From contig QZKJ01000007.1 in the NCBI GenBank assembly GCA_003605035.1, positions 41,560-105,559 on the forward strand: DNA of 64,000 nucleotides, in the 5' to 3' direction. This document shows, in pieces, positions 1 to 10,037 of the stretch. Position numbers and translations under genes: made by a program. Position 1 is the first letter of the stretch. Each line of letters opens with the position of its first letter. The notes under the pieces were generated by a model, which was given only the letters and a program-made list of their open reading frames with translations, was not told the DNA's origin and did not search any database. Origin of the DNA: Desulfurivibrio sp. GTDB taxonomy: Bacteria; Desulfobacterota; Desulfobulbia; Desulfobulbales; SURF-16.

Positions 1-529
1 TTTCATATCTGTTCAGGAAAATATCCACCCGGGCGATGCCGTGTTGCTTGAGCCAGCCCTCCACACTGAGCAGCAGCTGGTAGACCGTGGCGTTGATGCC
101 GTTGACCGAGCCGGGCACCCAGAACTGTTGATCAATGGCAAAGCCGGCGGCCTCGAGCCGGGCTGCCATCCGTGCGCCGATAACCAGCAGTTTGACGGAG
201 GAGAAATCGGGGGCCGCCATAGCGGCCAGCTGCTGTCTGACATAATCGGCCAGCCGTTCATTGAATCTGCCGCAGAGACCCTGATCCGAGCCGAAGATGA
301 TCAGCCCTCGGGGCAGCCGCTCTGCGGCGGCGGCACCCCCGGGCAAGGTGGTTTCCTTGAGCACCGTCTGCAGGCCCAGCTCGATGACCTCGACAAAGGT
401 GTCCAGCGAGGCAAGGGCCCGTTCATACTGACGAATATTGACGGCCGACAGGGTTTTCATGCTTTTGACAATCCCCTGCAGCTTGGCGGTGGTGCTTATT
501 CTTTTGTCCAGGGTCTGCAGGGTATCCAT
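1..529 (-). CDS. atpG: ATPase gamma subunit, N-terminal part (C-terminus lies beyond the window start)
   Basis: It is not in the ORF track because it has no stop inside the window. The ATG is at 529..527, 6 nt after the atpA stop. My hand translation, MDTLQTLDKRISTTAKLQGIVKSMKTLSAVNIRQYERA..., is gamma-like. It is the last gene in the atpDCQRBEFAG order. Confidence 0.85.
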   Translation of the reverse strand, partial: MDTLQTLDKRISTTAKLQGIVKSMKTLSAVNIRQYERALASLDTFVEVIELGLQTVLKETTLPGGAAAAERLPRGLIIFGSDQGLCGRFNERLADYVRQQLAAMAAPDFSSVKLLVIGARMAARLEAAGFAIDQQFWVPGSVNGINATVYQLLLSVEGWLKQHGIARVDIFLNRYE

Positions 530-535
530 GGGCCT

Positions 536-2056
536 TTATTCCCTGGTGCCGGCAAGGGCGGCAATGGCCTGCCGGCAGCAGTTCTGCATCATGGTTTTGT
601 CTTTGTCAGACAGTTTGTTTCCCTGCTGGATCCTCTGGCAGATATGAGGAAGATCAATGAAGATCTTCTCCCTGATTTTCTGCTCGGCCACCTTGATCTC
701 CCTGATGGCAACGGAGTCAAGCAGACCCTCGGTGAGGGCCAGCATGACCGCCACCTGTTCATAATCCTTCAGGGGTGAGTAGCGGCGCTGCCCCAGGATT
801 TCCCTGACCCGCTTGCCCCGCTCCAGGGCTTTCCTGGTATTGTCGTCAAGTCTGGTGGCGAAACGGGCAAAGGTTTCCAGTTCCTCGAACTGGGCATAGG
901 ACAGACGCATCTGGCCGACAAGATCCCGGTAGGCGTCCTTCTGCGCCTTGCCGCCAACCCTGGAAACGGATTTGCCCACATCCACCGCCGGCAGGGTGCC
1001 CCTGGAGAAGAGATCAGGCGAAAGGTAGATCTGGCCGTCCGTGATGGAAATGATATTGGTCGGAATATAGGCGGAGAGGTTCTGCGCCTCGGTTTCCACA
1101 ATGGGCAGGGCGGTCAGGCTGCCGCCGCCCAGATTCTCCCGCAGATGGGTTGCTCTTTCCAGCAGCCGGGAATGGATGTAAAAGATATCGCCCGGATAGG
1201 CCTCCCTGCCGGGGGATCGCTCCAACAGCAGAGAGATCTCGCGATAGGCGCGGGCATGCCGGGTGAGATCATCATAAACGATCAGCACATCTCTGCCCTT
1301 TGCCATGAAATATTCGCCGATGCTGGTGGCGGCGTAAGGGGTGATGAACTGCAGCCCCGGGGCATCCTGACCGCTGGAGGCGACCACCACCGTATAGGGC
1401 AGCGCGCCTTGTTCCGCCAGTTCATGGAGCACCTTGGCCACCGCTGATTCCCTTTGCCCGATGGCGGCATAGATGCAGATGACGTCCCTGCCCCTCTGGT
1501 TGGCGATGGCATCCAGGGCGATGGCGGTTTTGCCGGTCTGGCGGTCGCCGAGTATCAGCTCGCGCTGCCCCTTGCCGATGGGAATCAGGGCGTCAATGAC
1601 CTTGATGCCTGTTTCCAGAGGACTCGCAACCGGCAGGCGATCCATGATGGCCGGGGCCGGGCGTTCGAGAGCGCTTCGTATCTGAGACGGGATGGTTCCC
1701 TTCTCGTCAAGGGGTTTGCCGGTGGCGTCGATCACCCGGCCGAGCAATGCCTCTCCCACCGGCACGTCGGCCACCCGGCCGAGCCGTTTTATTTCATGGC
1801 CGGCCTTGAGGGAATAGCCGGTGCCCAGCAGCATGATGCCGACCTTGTCAGGATCGAGACTGGCAACGATGCCGAGGGTGCCGTCTTCGGCCTGCACCAG
1901 TTCTTCGGAGGTGACGCTGCCCAGGCCGCTGGCATAGGCAACCGGTCCGGTGACCGACATGATCCGGCCGACATCCTCGGCCTGCAGGGAAAATTCCTGG
2001 GAATCCAGGGTACGTTCCAGGGCGTTGCGGGTTTTTTCCAGCGATGCTTTCAGCAT
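536..2056 (-). CDS. atpA: ATPase alpha subunit
   Basis: 506 aa. It has a Walker A motif (GDRQTGKT) and alpha-subunit sequence throughout, including ...[15 protein letters not shown].... Confidence 0.97.
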   Translation of the reverse strand: MLKASLEKTRNALERTLDSQEFSLQAEDVGRIMSVTGPVAYASGLGSVTSEELVQAEDGTLGIVASLDPDKVGIMLLGTGYSLKAGHEIKRLGRVADVPVGEALLGRVIDATGKPLDEKGTIPSQIRSALERPAPAIMDRLPVASPLETGIKVIDALIPIGKGQRELILGDRQTGKTAIALDAIANQRGRDVICIYAAIGQRESAVAKVLHELAEQGALPYTVVVASSGQDAPGLQFITPYAATSIGEYFMAKGRDVLIVYDDLTRHARAYREISLLLERSPGREAYPGDIFYIHSRLLERATHLRENLGGGSLTALPIVETEAQNLSAYIPTNIISITDGQIYLSPDLFSRGTLPAVDVGKSVSRVGGKAQKDAYRDLVGQMRLSYAQFEELETFARFATRLDDNTRKALERGKRVREILGQRRYSPLKDYEQVAVMLALTEGLLDSVAIREIKVAEQKIREKIFIDLPHICQRIQQGNKLSDKDKTMMQNCCRQAIAALAGTRE

Positions 2057-2070
2057 GATATCAGACCAGC

Positions 2071-2838
2071 TCAGGTGAATGTTTCCCTCTCCAGGTTTGC
2101 CGCCAGTTCCTTTTCAAAACGAGCAAGATAGCAGCCTGCGTCCCACTGGATTTTCTTGCCGGCAATCTCGATATGGATGCCGGCCAGCAGGGACTCGTCC
2201 ACCACAAAAAGGCTGCGCTGATGTTCTCCCCACAGAAAAGCAAGACGTCTGTCAATTTCCTCCTGCAGCGCGGCAGAGAGGGCAAAGGCGCTGGTGACGA
2301 TGGCCTGGTCCCCGGTTGCGGCAATGTGGCGGCTGATCTGTTCGTTGTCCTGTGGAGAGAGTTTGCCGAGTTCAGAGAGAAAAACGGTCAGCACCCTTTT
2401 TTCAAGGTCATCGCCGGCCAGATCGCGCAGGGTGTTGCGGGCCAGCTTATGAAAGCCTCTGGCCATGGACAGGCTCGTTTCCTTTAAAAAAGATTCCTTT
2501 TCCCTGGCAAGGGCGGCGAGCCACTGGGACCTGTTCTGCTCAATCTCCCGGCGCACCGAGTCAATCAGTTCGTCGCGGAACTGGTCCGCTTCCTTGGTTG
2601 CCCGCTGCATTTCAGCGGCAGCGGAGGATTGCAGCCGCTGCTGCAGGTCGAGAAATTTCTCCCTTTCCTGCTCCGCCAGGGCCGCCTTTTCTTCCGCATC
2701 CCGCAAACGCGCGGCGATCTTTGCTTCCCGGGCAGCCATGACGTTCAATACGGGTTGATACAGTACTTTCTTCAGCAGCCAGACCAGAATGAGGAAATTG
2801 ATGATCTGGGCGCAGAGGGTAAACCAGTCGATGACCAT
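2071..2838 (-). CDS. atpF: ATPase b subunit, long b/delta-like form
   Basis: 255 aa. It has an N-terminal TM helix ([18 protein letters not shown]) followed by a long charged coiled-coil and a C-terminal extension. No separate delta gene is present, as expected in N-ATPase operons. Confidence 0.85.
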   Translation of the reverse strand: MVIDWFTLCAQIINFLILVWLLKKVLYQPVLNVMAAREAKIAARLRDAEEKAALAEQEREKFLDLQQRLQSSAAAEMQRATKEADQFRDELIDSVRREIEQNRSQWLAALAREKESFLKETSLSMARGFHKLARNTLRDLAGDDLEKRVLTVFLSELGKLSPQDNEQISRHIAATGDQAIVTSAFALSAALQEEIDRRLAFLWGEHQRSLFVVDESLLAGIHIEIAGKKIQWDAGCYLARFEKELAANLERETFT

Positions 2839-2841
2839 TGG

Positions 2842-3120
2842 TTAACCCGCGGCATGCTTGATGGCGTAATCCCAGAAGGGATTGGCAAAGATCAGGATGA
2901 TGGCGATGACCAGTGCGTAGATGCCGGTGGATTCAATCATGGCCATGGCGACAAAAAGAGTGCGGGTTATTGCTGCGGCTTCATCCGGCTGCTGCGCGAT
3001 GGAGCGCAGGGCCGCCGCCGCGGCCATTCCTTCGCCGATGGCCGGACCGAGGGCGCCGATGCCCATGCAGAGGCCGGCTGCCAGAACCGACGTCATTCCG
3101 ATTAATTCTATTGCACCCAT
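2842..3120 (-). CDS. atpE: ATPase c subunit (proteolipid) with a two-carboxylate, Na+-type ligand set
   Basis: 92 aa two-helix hairpin. Helix 1 carries GPAIGEG and helix 2 carries MIESTGIYALV, which aligns with the ESTxxY Na+ motif of Ilyobacter-type c rings. Confidence 0.95.
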   Translation of the reverse strand: MGAIELIGMTSVLAAGLCMGIGALGPAIGEGMAAAAALRSIAQQPDEAAAITRTLFVAMAMIESTGIYALVIAIILIFANPFWDYAIKHAAG

Positions 3121-3172
3121 ATTTCCCCCTTTCGTGTGTTTGACGGGCTTGTTATGAAATTTTCAGAGAAGT

Positions 3173-3871
3173 TCATTCTGTTTGGCGTTTGTCAGGATGA
3201 TCGGGTTCTTCATTTTTCAACACTGAGGCGATGTAGATCATGGCCAGCAGCGCAAAGATATATGCCTGGATCGTGCCGGTCAGCATGCCCAGGGCACTCA
3301 TGACCACCGGTAAAAAGAGCGGCACGATGAGCAGCAGGACAGCGCCGATTATCGAGCCGCTCAACACGTTGCCGTATAAACGGACAGCCAGGGCCAGGGT
3401 GCGGGACAGGTCGCCGATGATGTTGAACGGCAGCATGAACAGGGTTGGTTCGATATATTGCCGGAGATAACTGCCGAGACTTCTGGTGGACAGGCCATAG
3501 ACCGGCACGGCGATAAAAACACAGAGAGCCAGGGCGGAGGTGGTGGAAAGAGAGGCGGTTGGCGGGTGATAATAAGGGACCACCGCCAGCAGATTGGAGA
3601 GCAGGATGAAGAGGAAGAGGGTGCCGACAAAGGGCAGGAAAGGTTCGGGCCTCTGCCTGGTGATGTCGGCGATTTGCCCGGCAATGCCGCTGACCAGGAT
3701 CTCCAGCAGATTCTGCCAGCGGCTGATGTTCACCTCGCTGGACAGATTTCTGGTGATCAGACGGGAGCCGGCCACCAGCAGCGCCATCTCAAACCAGGTG
3801 AAGAGCAGGGTGGCGTTAAGCTGACCCCAGCCCCACTCAATGATGACAAACTGGTCGGGTGAAAATTTCAT
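3173..3871 (-). CDS. atpB: ATPase a subunit
   Basis: 232 aa polytopic membrane protein. It contains the conserved stator Arg context (LALAVRLYGNVLSG). Confidence 0.93.
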   Translation of the reverse strand: MKFSPDQFVIIEWGWGQLNATLLFTWFEMALLVAGSRLITRNLSSEVNISRWQNLLEILVSGIAGQIADITRQRPEPFLPFVGTLFLFILLSNLLAVVPYYHPPTASLSTTSALALCVFIAVPVYGLSTRSLGSYLRQYIEPTLFMLPFNIIGDLSRTLALAVRLYGNVLSGSIIGAVLLLIVPLFLPVVMSALGMLTGTIQAYIFALLAMIYIASVLKNEEPDHPDKRQTE

Positions 3872-3875
3872 GGCA

Positions 3876-4178
3876 TCAGTTCACATGAGATTTGGCGGCA
3901 GAAGATGGTTGCCGCAATCGGCGGATCATCACCTGCCGGGCGATCAAAAACCCGACAAGCAGCAGGATCAGTCGCCGCCAGTCATCCTGCATGCAGTAAA
4001 AAAAAACCGCTATGGCCAGGGACAGGCGGATGAGAAAGCTGACGAGCAGTTTGGCGCCGAAATTATCCGTGTCGCCATATCTGCTTAAGGTCAGCCATAA
4101 CCCCTGGAAATAAAGAATGCCCACCGCAAAACCGACAACAGGCATGGCGGCAAGCATGATCATCCGCTCAATCTGCAC
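3876..4178 (-). CDS. atpR: N-ATPase AtpR subunit (small membrane protein)
   Basis: 100 aa with three hydrophobic segments. It starts with GTG, preceded by a strong SD (GAGGAGG) 5 nt upstream. Its position between the AtpI-like gene and the a subunit is diagnostic of N-ATPase operons. Confidence 0.75.
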   Translation of the reverse strand: MQIERMIMLAAMPVVGFAVGILYFQGLWLTLSRYGDTDNFGAKLLVSFLIRLSLAIAVFFYCMQDDWRRLILLLVGFLIARQVMIRRLRQPSSAAKSHVN

Positions 4179-4192
4179 CTGATCCTCCTCAT

Positions 4193-4250
4193 GGGCCGTT
4201 ACGAAATAATCTCTTCATTTTGAGCATTTCGTTACGGTTCCTTATGCCGT
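4193..4250. repeat. Dispersed hairpin repeat, copy A (between atpQ and atpR)
   Basis: The sequence is GGGCCGTTACGAAATAA...TTTCGTTACGGTTCCTTATGCCGT. The 5' 10-mer and the 3' ~20-mer are shared with copy B. In reverse orientation it resembles copy C. Confidence 0.75.
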
Positions 4251-4291
4251 CTCTGCCAAGAAGGACGGCGATGTTATTTTATTGCAACGGC

Positions 4292-4600
4292 TCAGCGGCT
4301 TCCTCCGCTTTCTTTTTTTACCCAGCCCCAGGCCGCTACAGCGCCGAGAAATAAACCGCCGAACAGGCCGGTGAGGGTCCAGGAAATCCGGTTGTCAAGC
4401 AGGTGCAGCCCGTCAAGCCAGCGGCCGATGAAGGTACCGATGACCGTTGGCACGGCAACGGTCCAGCCGATGGTGCCGAACATGCCGAGTCCGAAAAAGA
4501 TCGGTTTTTGTCTTTCCTGGCGGGCCTGTTGCCTTTTCTGGTATTTTTTTTCAACAATTTCCGGCAGATGTTCTTTATGCGGCTTCTGTTCCCTGGGCAT
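4292..4600 (-). CDS. atpQ: N-ATPase AtpQ (AtpI/AtpZ-like membrane protein)
   Basis: 102 aa. It has a basic N-terminus followed by two TM helices (IFFGLGMFGTIGWTVAVPTVIGTFIGRWLD), and it lies immediately after atpC. Confidence 0.7.
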   Translation of the reverse strand: MPREQKPHKEHLPEIVEKKYQKRQQARQERQKPIFFGLGMFGTIGWTVAVPTVIGTFIGRWLDGLHLLDNRISWTLTGLFGGLFLGAVAAWGWVKKESGGSR

Positions 4601-4605
4601 GATGG

Positions 4606-5004
4606 CTAGCTTTTTTTCAGTTCCGCAAAACGGCGGAGCATGGAATGTTCCAGGCCGGCAAGGGCGGTCCTGGCTTTTTTCTCAAGGTCATCGATCTGGT
4701 GAAACTCCGTGGCAACGATAGTGACCAGCGAGCTGAAATCCTTCCCCTGTATGCAGTTGCGGGTGGAGATGTTCACCCTGCCGCCCTGTTTGACCAGTGA
4801 GCCATGATCAACGGCAAAGTAGCGGGCGCCGCCGCCGTGATCTTCCACGGTGAGGACCCCCGGCACGAGAACAGCAATATAGTCGACATGGCGGGGCAGC
4901 AGGGTGAAATACCCTTCAAGCCCTTCGGCAATGATCTTGCTGACCGTGTCAGCCTGCCAGTAAATTCTGGTGGGCAGATAGATGCCGAGCGAAATCGAGT
5001 TCAT
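4606..5004 (-). CDS. atpC: ATPase epsilon subunit
   Basis: 132 aa. The N-terminal beta-sandwich pattern is epsilon-like (ILTVEDHGGGARYFAVDHGSLVKQGGRVNISTR), and the gene follows atpD. Confidence 0.9.
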   Translation of the reverse strand: MNSISLGIYLPTRIYWQADTVSKIIAEGLEGYFTLLPRHVDYIAVLVPGVLTVEDHGGGARYFAVDHGSLVKQGGRVNISTRNCIQGKDFSSLVTIVATEFHQIDDLEKKARTALAGLEHSMLRRFAELKKS

Positions 5005-5010
5005 ATCCGC

Positions 5011-6550
<1,540 letters not shown>

Positions 6551-6714
6551 GCACAACTTCAGCGACCCGTGGCCGGCCGGAAATGCGGCATTGGCGGGAA
6601 AGACAGGCAAAGGCCTTGCCGGCAGGGAAAAGACAGGACCGTGATTGAATTTTTTTTGCCCGGCGGATACCGGTTGCGCGGCAGGACGGTCTTTTCGCCG
6701 GCCGCCGGGGACGG

Positions 6715-8982
6715 TTAGCGGCGTTCTTCGGCCTGCCTGAGCAGCACCTCCGTTATCTCATCGGCGGGCAGCGGCTTCATGAAATAATGGCCCTGCATGA
6801 GATCGCAGCGATGCTCCTTCAGGAAGCTGTACTGCTCCGCGGTCTCCACCCCTTTGGCGGTGACCAGCAGGTCCATGTTGTGCGCCAGGGAGATGATGGC
6901 CTTGATGATTGTTTCATCGTGGACGCTGCGGCCGATATTGGCCACAAAGGAGAGGTCGATTTCCAGTTTGTCGATGGGCAGGCGTTGCAGATATTTCAAA
7001 GACGAGTAGCCGGTGCCGAAATCATCGATGGCAATCCGCACCCCCAGGTGATGGATTTTATTGAGCAGGGTAACGGTGGATTCCGGATCATTCATGACCG
7101 CGCTTTCCGTGAGTTCAATTTCCAGCTGATTCGGGGCAAGCCCGGTGGTTGTCAGGATCGTGTCAATGGCTTCCCACAGGTTTTTATTGCGCAGCTGTTT
7201 CATGGACACCTTCACCGCCACAATCATGGCAAACGAGGGGCCGAATCTCCGGTGCCACATGGTGTTGGTGTTACAGGCCGTGCGCAGCGTCCATTCGCCG
7301 AGCGGACCGATGAGTCCGCATTTTTCAGCGATGGGAATGAAAATGCCCGGGCTGACCAGCCCCATGGTCGGGTGATGCCATCGCACCAAGGCCTGCAGCC
7401 GGACAATTCTGCCGCTGCTGATCTCAACCTGGGGCTGGTAGTGGATGGTCAGTTCCTCATTCTGCAGACTGCTGCGCAGGTCCTTTTCCAGCCGCATCCG
7501 ATCCAGCGCCAGTCGCTGCATCTCGGGCTCAAAGAACTTGTAGTTGTTTTTGCCGTCCTCCTTGGCGTGATACATGGCAATGTCGGCCGCCTTGCCGATG
7601 TCCTCCACCGTGTTGCCGCTTAAGGGGTAGACGGCGATGCCGATGCTGAAGGTGGTGCTCAGTTCATGACCGGCCAATTGGTGGGGAACCGCCAGCTTCT
7701 CCAGGATTTTCTGGGCCACCAGGGCGGCATTTTCCGGGTTTTCGATTTCAACAAGCACTATGGCAAACTCATCCCCGCCCAGCCTGGCGACCAGATCTTC
7801 CTTGCGCACGCATTTCCTGACCCGGTCGGCCACGCTTTTGAGCAGCAGATCTCCCACGTCATGGCCCTTGGTGTCATTGATCTGCTTGAAATTGTCCAGG
7901 TCCATGAAGAGAACGGCCATCTGCAGGCTGTGCCGCATGGAGCGGTCAAGTTCCATATCAAGAAATTCCTGATACACCCGGCGATTGGCCAGACCGGTCA
8001 GGGGATCGTGATGGGCGAGTTCCCGGAGTCTTCTCTCCATGGCTTTGCGTTTGGAAATATCCTGCAGGAGCATGACGCCGCCGGTGCCGGCGCAGTTGCC
8101 GCCATGCACCGTGGCGCAGGTGTATTCAACCGGAAACTTTTCGTTGTTGAACCTCCGGAATGTGGCGTCTTCGTCCCGGTGCTGACCACAGTTTCGGAGG
8201 ACGTTGTAAACCGGCGACTCTTCCCAGGTCAGGGCGGGGATGTCCTCGTGGCACATGAAGCGCTTGATGTGGCAGCCGACCAGTTCCTTTTCCATGGAGG
8301 CGAGGATCTTTTCCGCCGCCGGATTGGCATAGGTGATGACCCCTTTGGCGTCAAGCCCGATAATTCCCTCGCCGGCATGGTACAGCAGGAGCTCATTCTG
8401 CTGATAAAGGGCATGCAGATTTTCATTGGCCTTTTTCAATTGCAGCTGCATCCGCATCAGCTCCTCGTTTCTTTCCACCGCATTTTCATAGGTGGAAACG
8501 AGCAGATCAACGATCTGGGTCAGGTCCGAGGTGATGAAGTGCGACTTGCCGGCGAAAAAGATACAGATGCCGTTTTCGCTGGTTGTTTCGCGGCGCATCT
8601 CCTGGTTGACCAGGATATGCCTGATGCGGGAGAGAAGAAATTTTTCCTCGTAGGGCTTGGTGACAAAGCTGTCAGCGCTGCAGGCCAGCGCGTTGATCAC
8701 CTCCTCGGGATTTGACAGGGAGGTGAGCAGAATCACCGGCACATCCTTCAAGGCATCATCCGCCTTGATATTGCTGCATAGCTCATAGCCATCCATCTCC
8801 GGCATGACAATATCGCTGATGATGACAGCCGGTTTCTCTCTGCGGGCGCTTTCCAGTCCCTGCCTGCCGTTGTGGGCGCAAGTCACCTTGAAGCCGTTTT
8901 TTTCCAGGAGAAACTGCAGCTGCACTGCCTGGGTGAGACTGTCTTCGACGATTAAAATATGGGTATCTTGCGAAAGTGGCAT
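6715..8982 (-). CDS. Response regulator REC-PAS-GGDEF-EAL, with a canonical GGDEF and I-site and a degenerate EAL
   Basis: 755 aa. The REC domain carries DIVMPEMDG. The GGDEF region reads RKEDLVARLGGDEF, giving an RxxD I-site plus GGDEF. The EAL domain has QAL in place of EAL, VKVS for VNLS, EIDLSF for KIDRSF, and AKGVE for AEGVE. Confidence 0.93.
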   Translation of the reverse strand: MPLSQDTHILIVEDSLTQAVQLQFLLEKNGFKVTCAHNGRQGLESARREKPAVIISDIVMPEMDGYELCSNIKADDALKDVPVILLTSLSNPEEVINALACSADSFVTKPYEEKFLLSRIRHILVNQEMRRETTSENGICIFFAGKSHFITSDLTQIVDLLVSTYENAVERNEELMRMQLQLKKANENLHALYQQNELLLYHAGEGIIGLDAKGVITYANPAAEKILASMEKELVGCHIKRFMCHEDIPALTWEESPVYNVLRNCGQHRDEDATFRRFNNEKFPVEYTCATVHGGNCAGTGGVMLLQDISKRKAMERRLRELAHHDPLTGLANRRVYQEFLDMELDRSMRHSLQMAVLFMDLDNFKQINDTKGHDVGDLLLKSVADRVRKCVRKEDLVARLGGDEFAIVLVEIENPENAALVAQKILEKLAVPHQLAGHELSTTFSIGIAVYPLSGNTVEDIGKAADIAMYHAKEDGKNNYKFFEPEMQRLALDRMRLEKDLRSSLQNEELTIHYQPQVEISSGRIVRLQALVRWHHPTMGLVSPGIFIPIAEKCGLIGPLGEWTLRTACNTNTMWHRRFGPSFAMIVAVKVSMKQLRNKNLWEAIDTILTTTGLAPNQLEIELTESAVMNDPESTVTLLNKIHHLGVRIAIDDFGTGYSSLKYLQRLPIDKLEIDLSFVANIGRSVHDETIIKAIISLAHNMDLLVTAKGVETAEQYSFLKEHRCDLMQGHYFMKPLPADEITEVLLRQAEERR

Positions 8983-8990
8983 GTTGTATC

Positions 8991-10037
8991 CTATGCAGTT
9001 ACACGTTGTGTCACTTTGTTGAGCAGCCTGGCTATTTCCACCGGCGGCAGAACATAGCAGGCTGCCTGCAGTTTTACCGCCTCACCCGGCATGCCGTTGA
9101 CCACCGCGCTTGCCTCGTCCTGGGCGATGGTAAGAGCGCTTTTTTTCCGTAGAGACTTCAGTTCAGCGGCGCCGTCCCTGCCCATGCCGGTGAGCAGCAC
9201 GCCGATGCCATACATGCCGTATTGTTCAGCCACCGAACGGAACAGAAACGAGATAGCCGGCCGCAGCCCGTTTTCCGGGAAGGCTGTTTTGTCGATGATG
9301 ATTCTTCCCTTGGCCACCCCCATCTGCACCGCCGCCGGAGCAAGGTAGACATGGCCGGCCAGCAGCCGTTCATCATGCTCGGCGATCTTCACCGGTAAGG
9401 GAATGCTCTTTTCCAGCCAGGAAGCCATTCCCTCAACAAAGCCGGTGGCGATATGCTGCACAATAACAATGGGTATGGGGAAATTTCTGGGCAGCCCCTC
9501 CAGAATCACCTTGATGGCAGGCGGCCCCCCGGTTGAGGCGCCCATGGCCAGCAGCTGGGGCACAACCTTCATCTCCCCCAGGGAAACAGGTGCCAGGTTG
9601 CTTTTTTTCATCTGCTGCCAGGGTTTCCGGCACACCACCCGGATCTCGGCCATGGCTTTGACGGTCTGCACGAACTGGCTGGCCAGCCGTTTGAAATCAG
9701 GATGCCCCGGACCGGGGGGTTTGGGGATGGCGGTCACCGCCCCGGCCTCAATTGCCTGAAAGGAATGGGCTATCTCGCCCGGCTGCCACATGTTGCTGCA
9801 GATGATGATGGGCACCGGATGGATTTCCAGAATCCGCATGGTTGCCTCATAGCCGTTCATTTTCGGCATATTGATGTCCATCACCACGATATCCGGCTGC
9901 AGCAGGGTCATCAGCCGGATTGCCTGTTCGCCGTCCTGGGCCCTGCCCACTACGCTGAGTTCATCATCCGCATCGATGAGCGCGGAGATGAATGCCGCGG
10001 TGGTGGCTGAATCGTCAACAAGGAGAACGCGAATCAT
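8991..10037 (-). CDS. cheB: Chemotaxis response regulator protein-glutamate methylesterase
   Basis: 348 aa with a REC domain followed by a CheB methylesterase domain (GASTGGP, VQHI). Its start overlaps the cheA stop (ATGA). Confidence 0.93.
   Translation of the reverse strand: MIRVLLVDDSATTAAFISALIDADDELSVVGRAQDGEQAIRLMTLLQPDIVVMDINMPKMNGYEATMRILEIHPVPIIICSNMWQPGEIAHSFQAIEAGAVTAIPKPPGPGHPDFKRLASQFVQTVKAMAEIRVVCRKPWQQMKKSNLAPVSLGEMKVVPQLLAMGASTGGPPAIKVILEGLPRNFPIPIVIVQHIATGFVEGMASWLEKSIPLPVKIAEHDERLLAGHVYLAPAAVQMGVAKGRIIIDKTAFPENGLRPAISFLFRSVAEQYGMYGIGVLLTGMGRDGAAELKSLRKKSALTIAQDEASAVVNGMPGEAVKLQAACYVLPPVEIARLLNKVTQRVTA

Noticed and set aside
41-778. 245-aa plus-strand ORF at the window start.
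   Set aside because: It lies antisense to the atpG/atpA genes, whose translations are unmistakable ATPase subunits. Its own sequence is Gly/Gln/Leu-rich with no motif.
6640-6714. A hairpin (CCCGGCGG...CCGCCGGG) next to a T8/A8 run, as the terminator of the Wsp-like operon.
   Set aside because: For the minus-strand transcript the run after the stem is A-rich rather than U-rich. For plus-strand transcription the T-run precedes the stem. This is not a canonical intrinsic terminator in either direction, so I did not annotate it.
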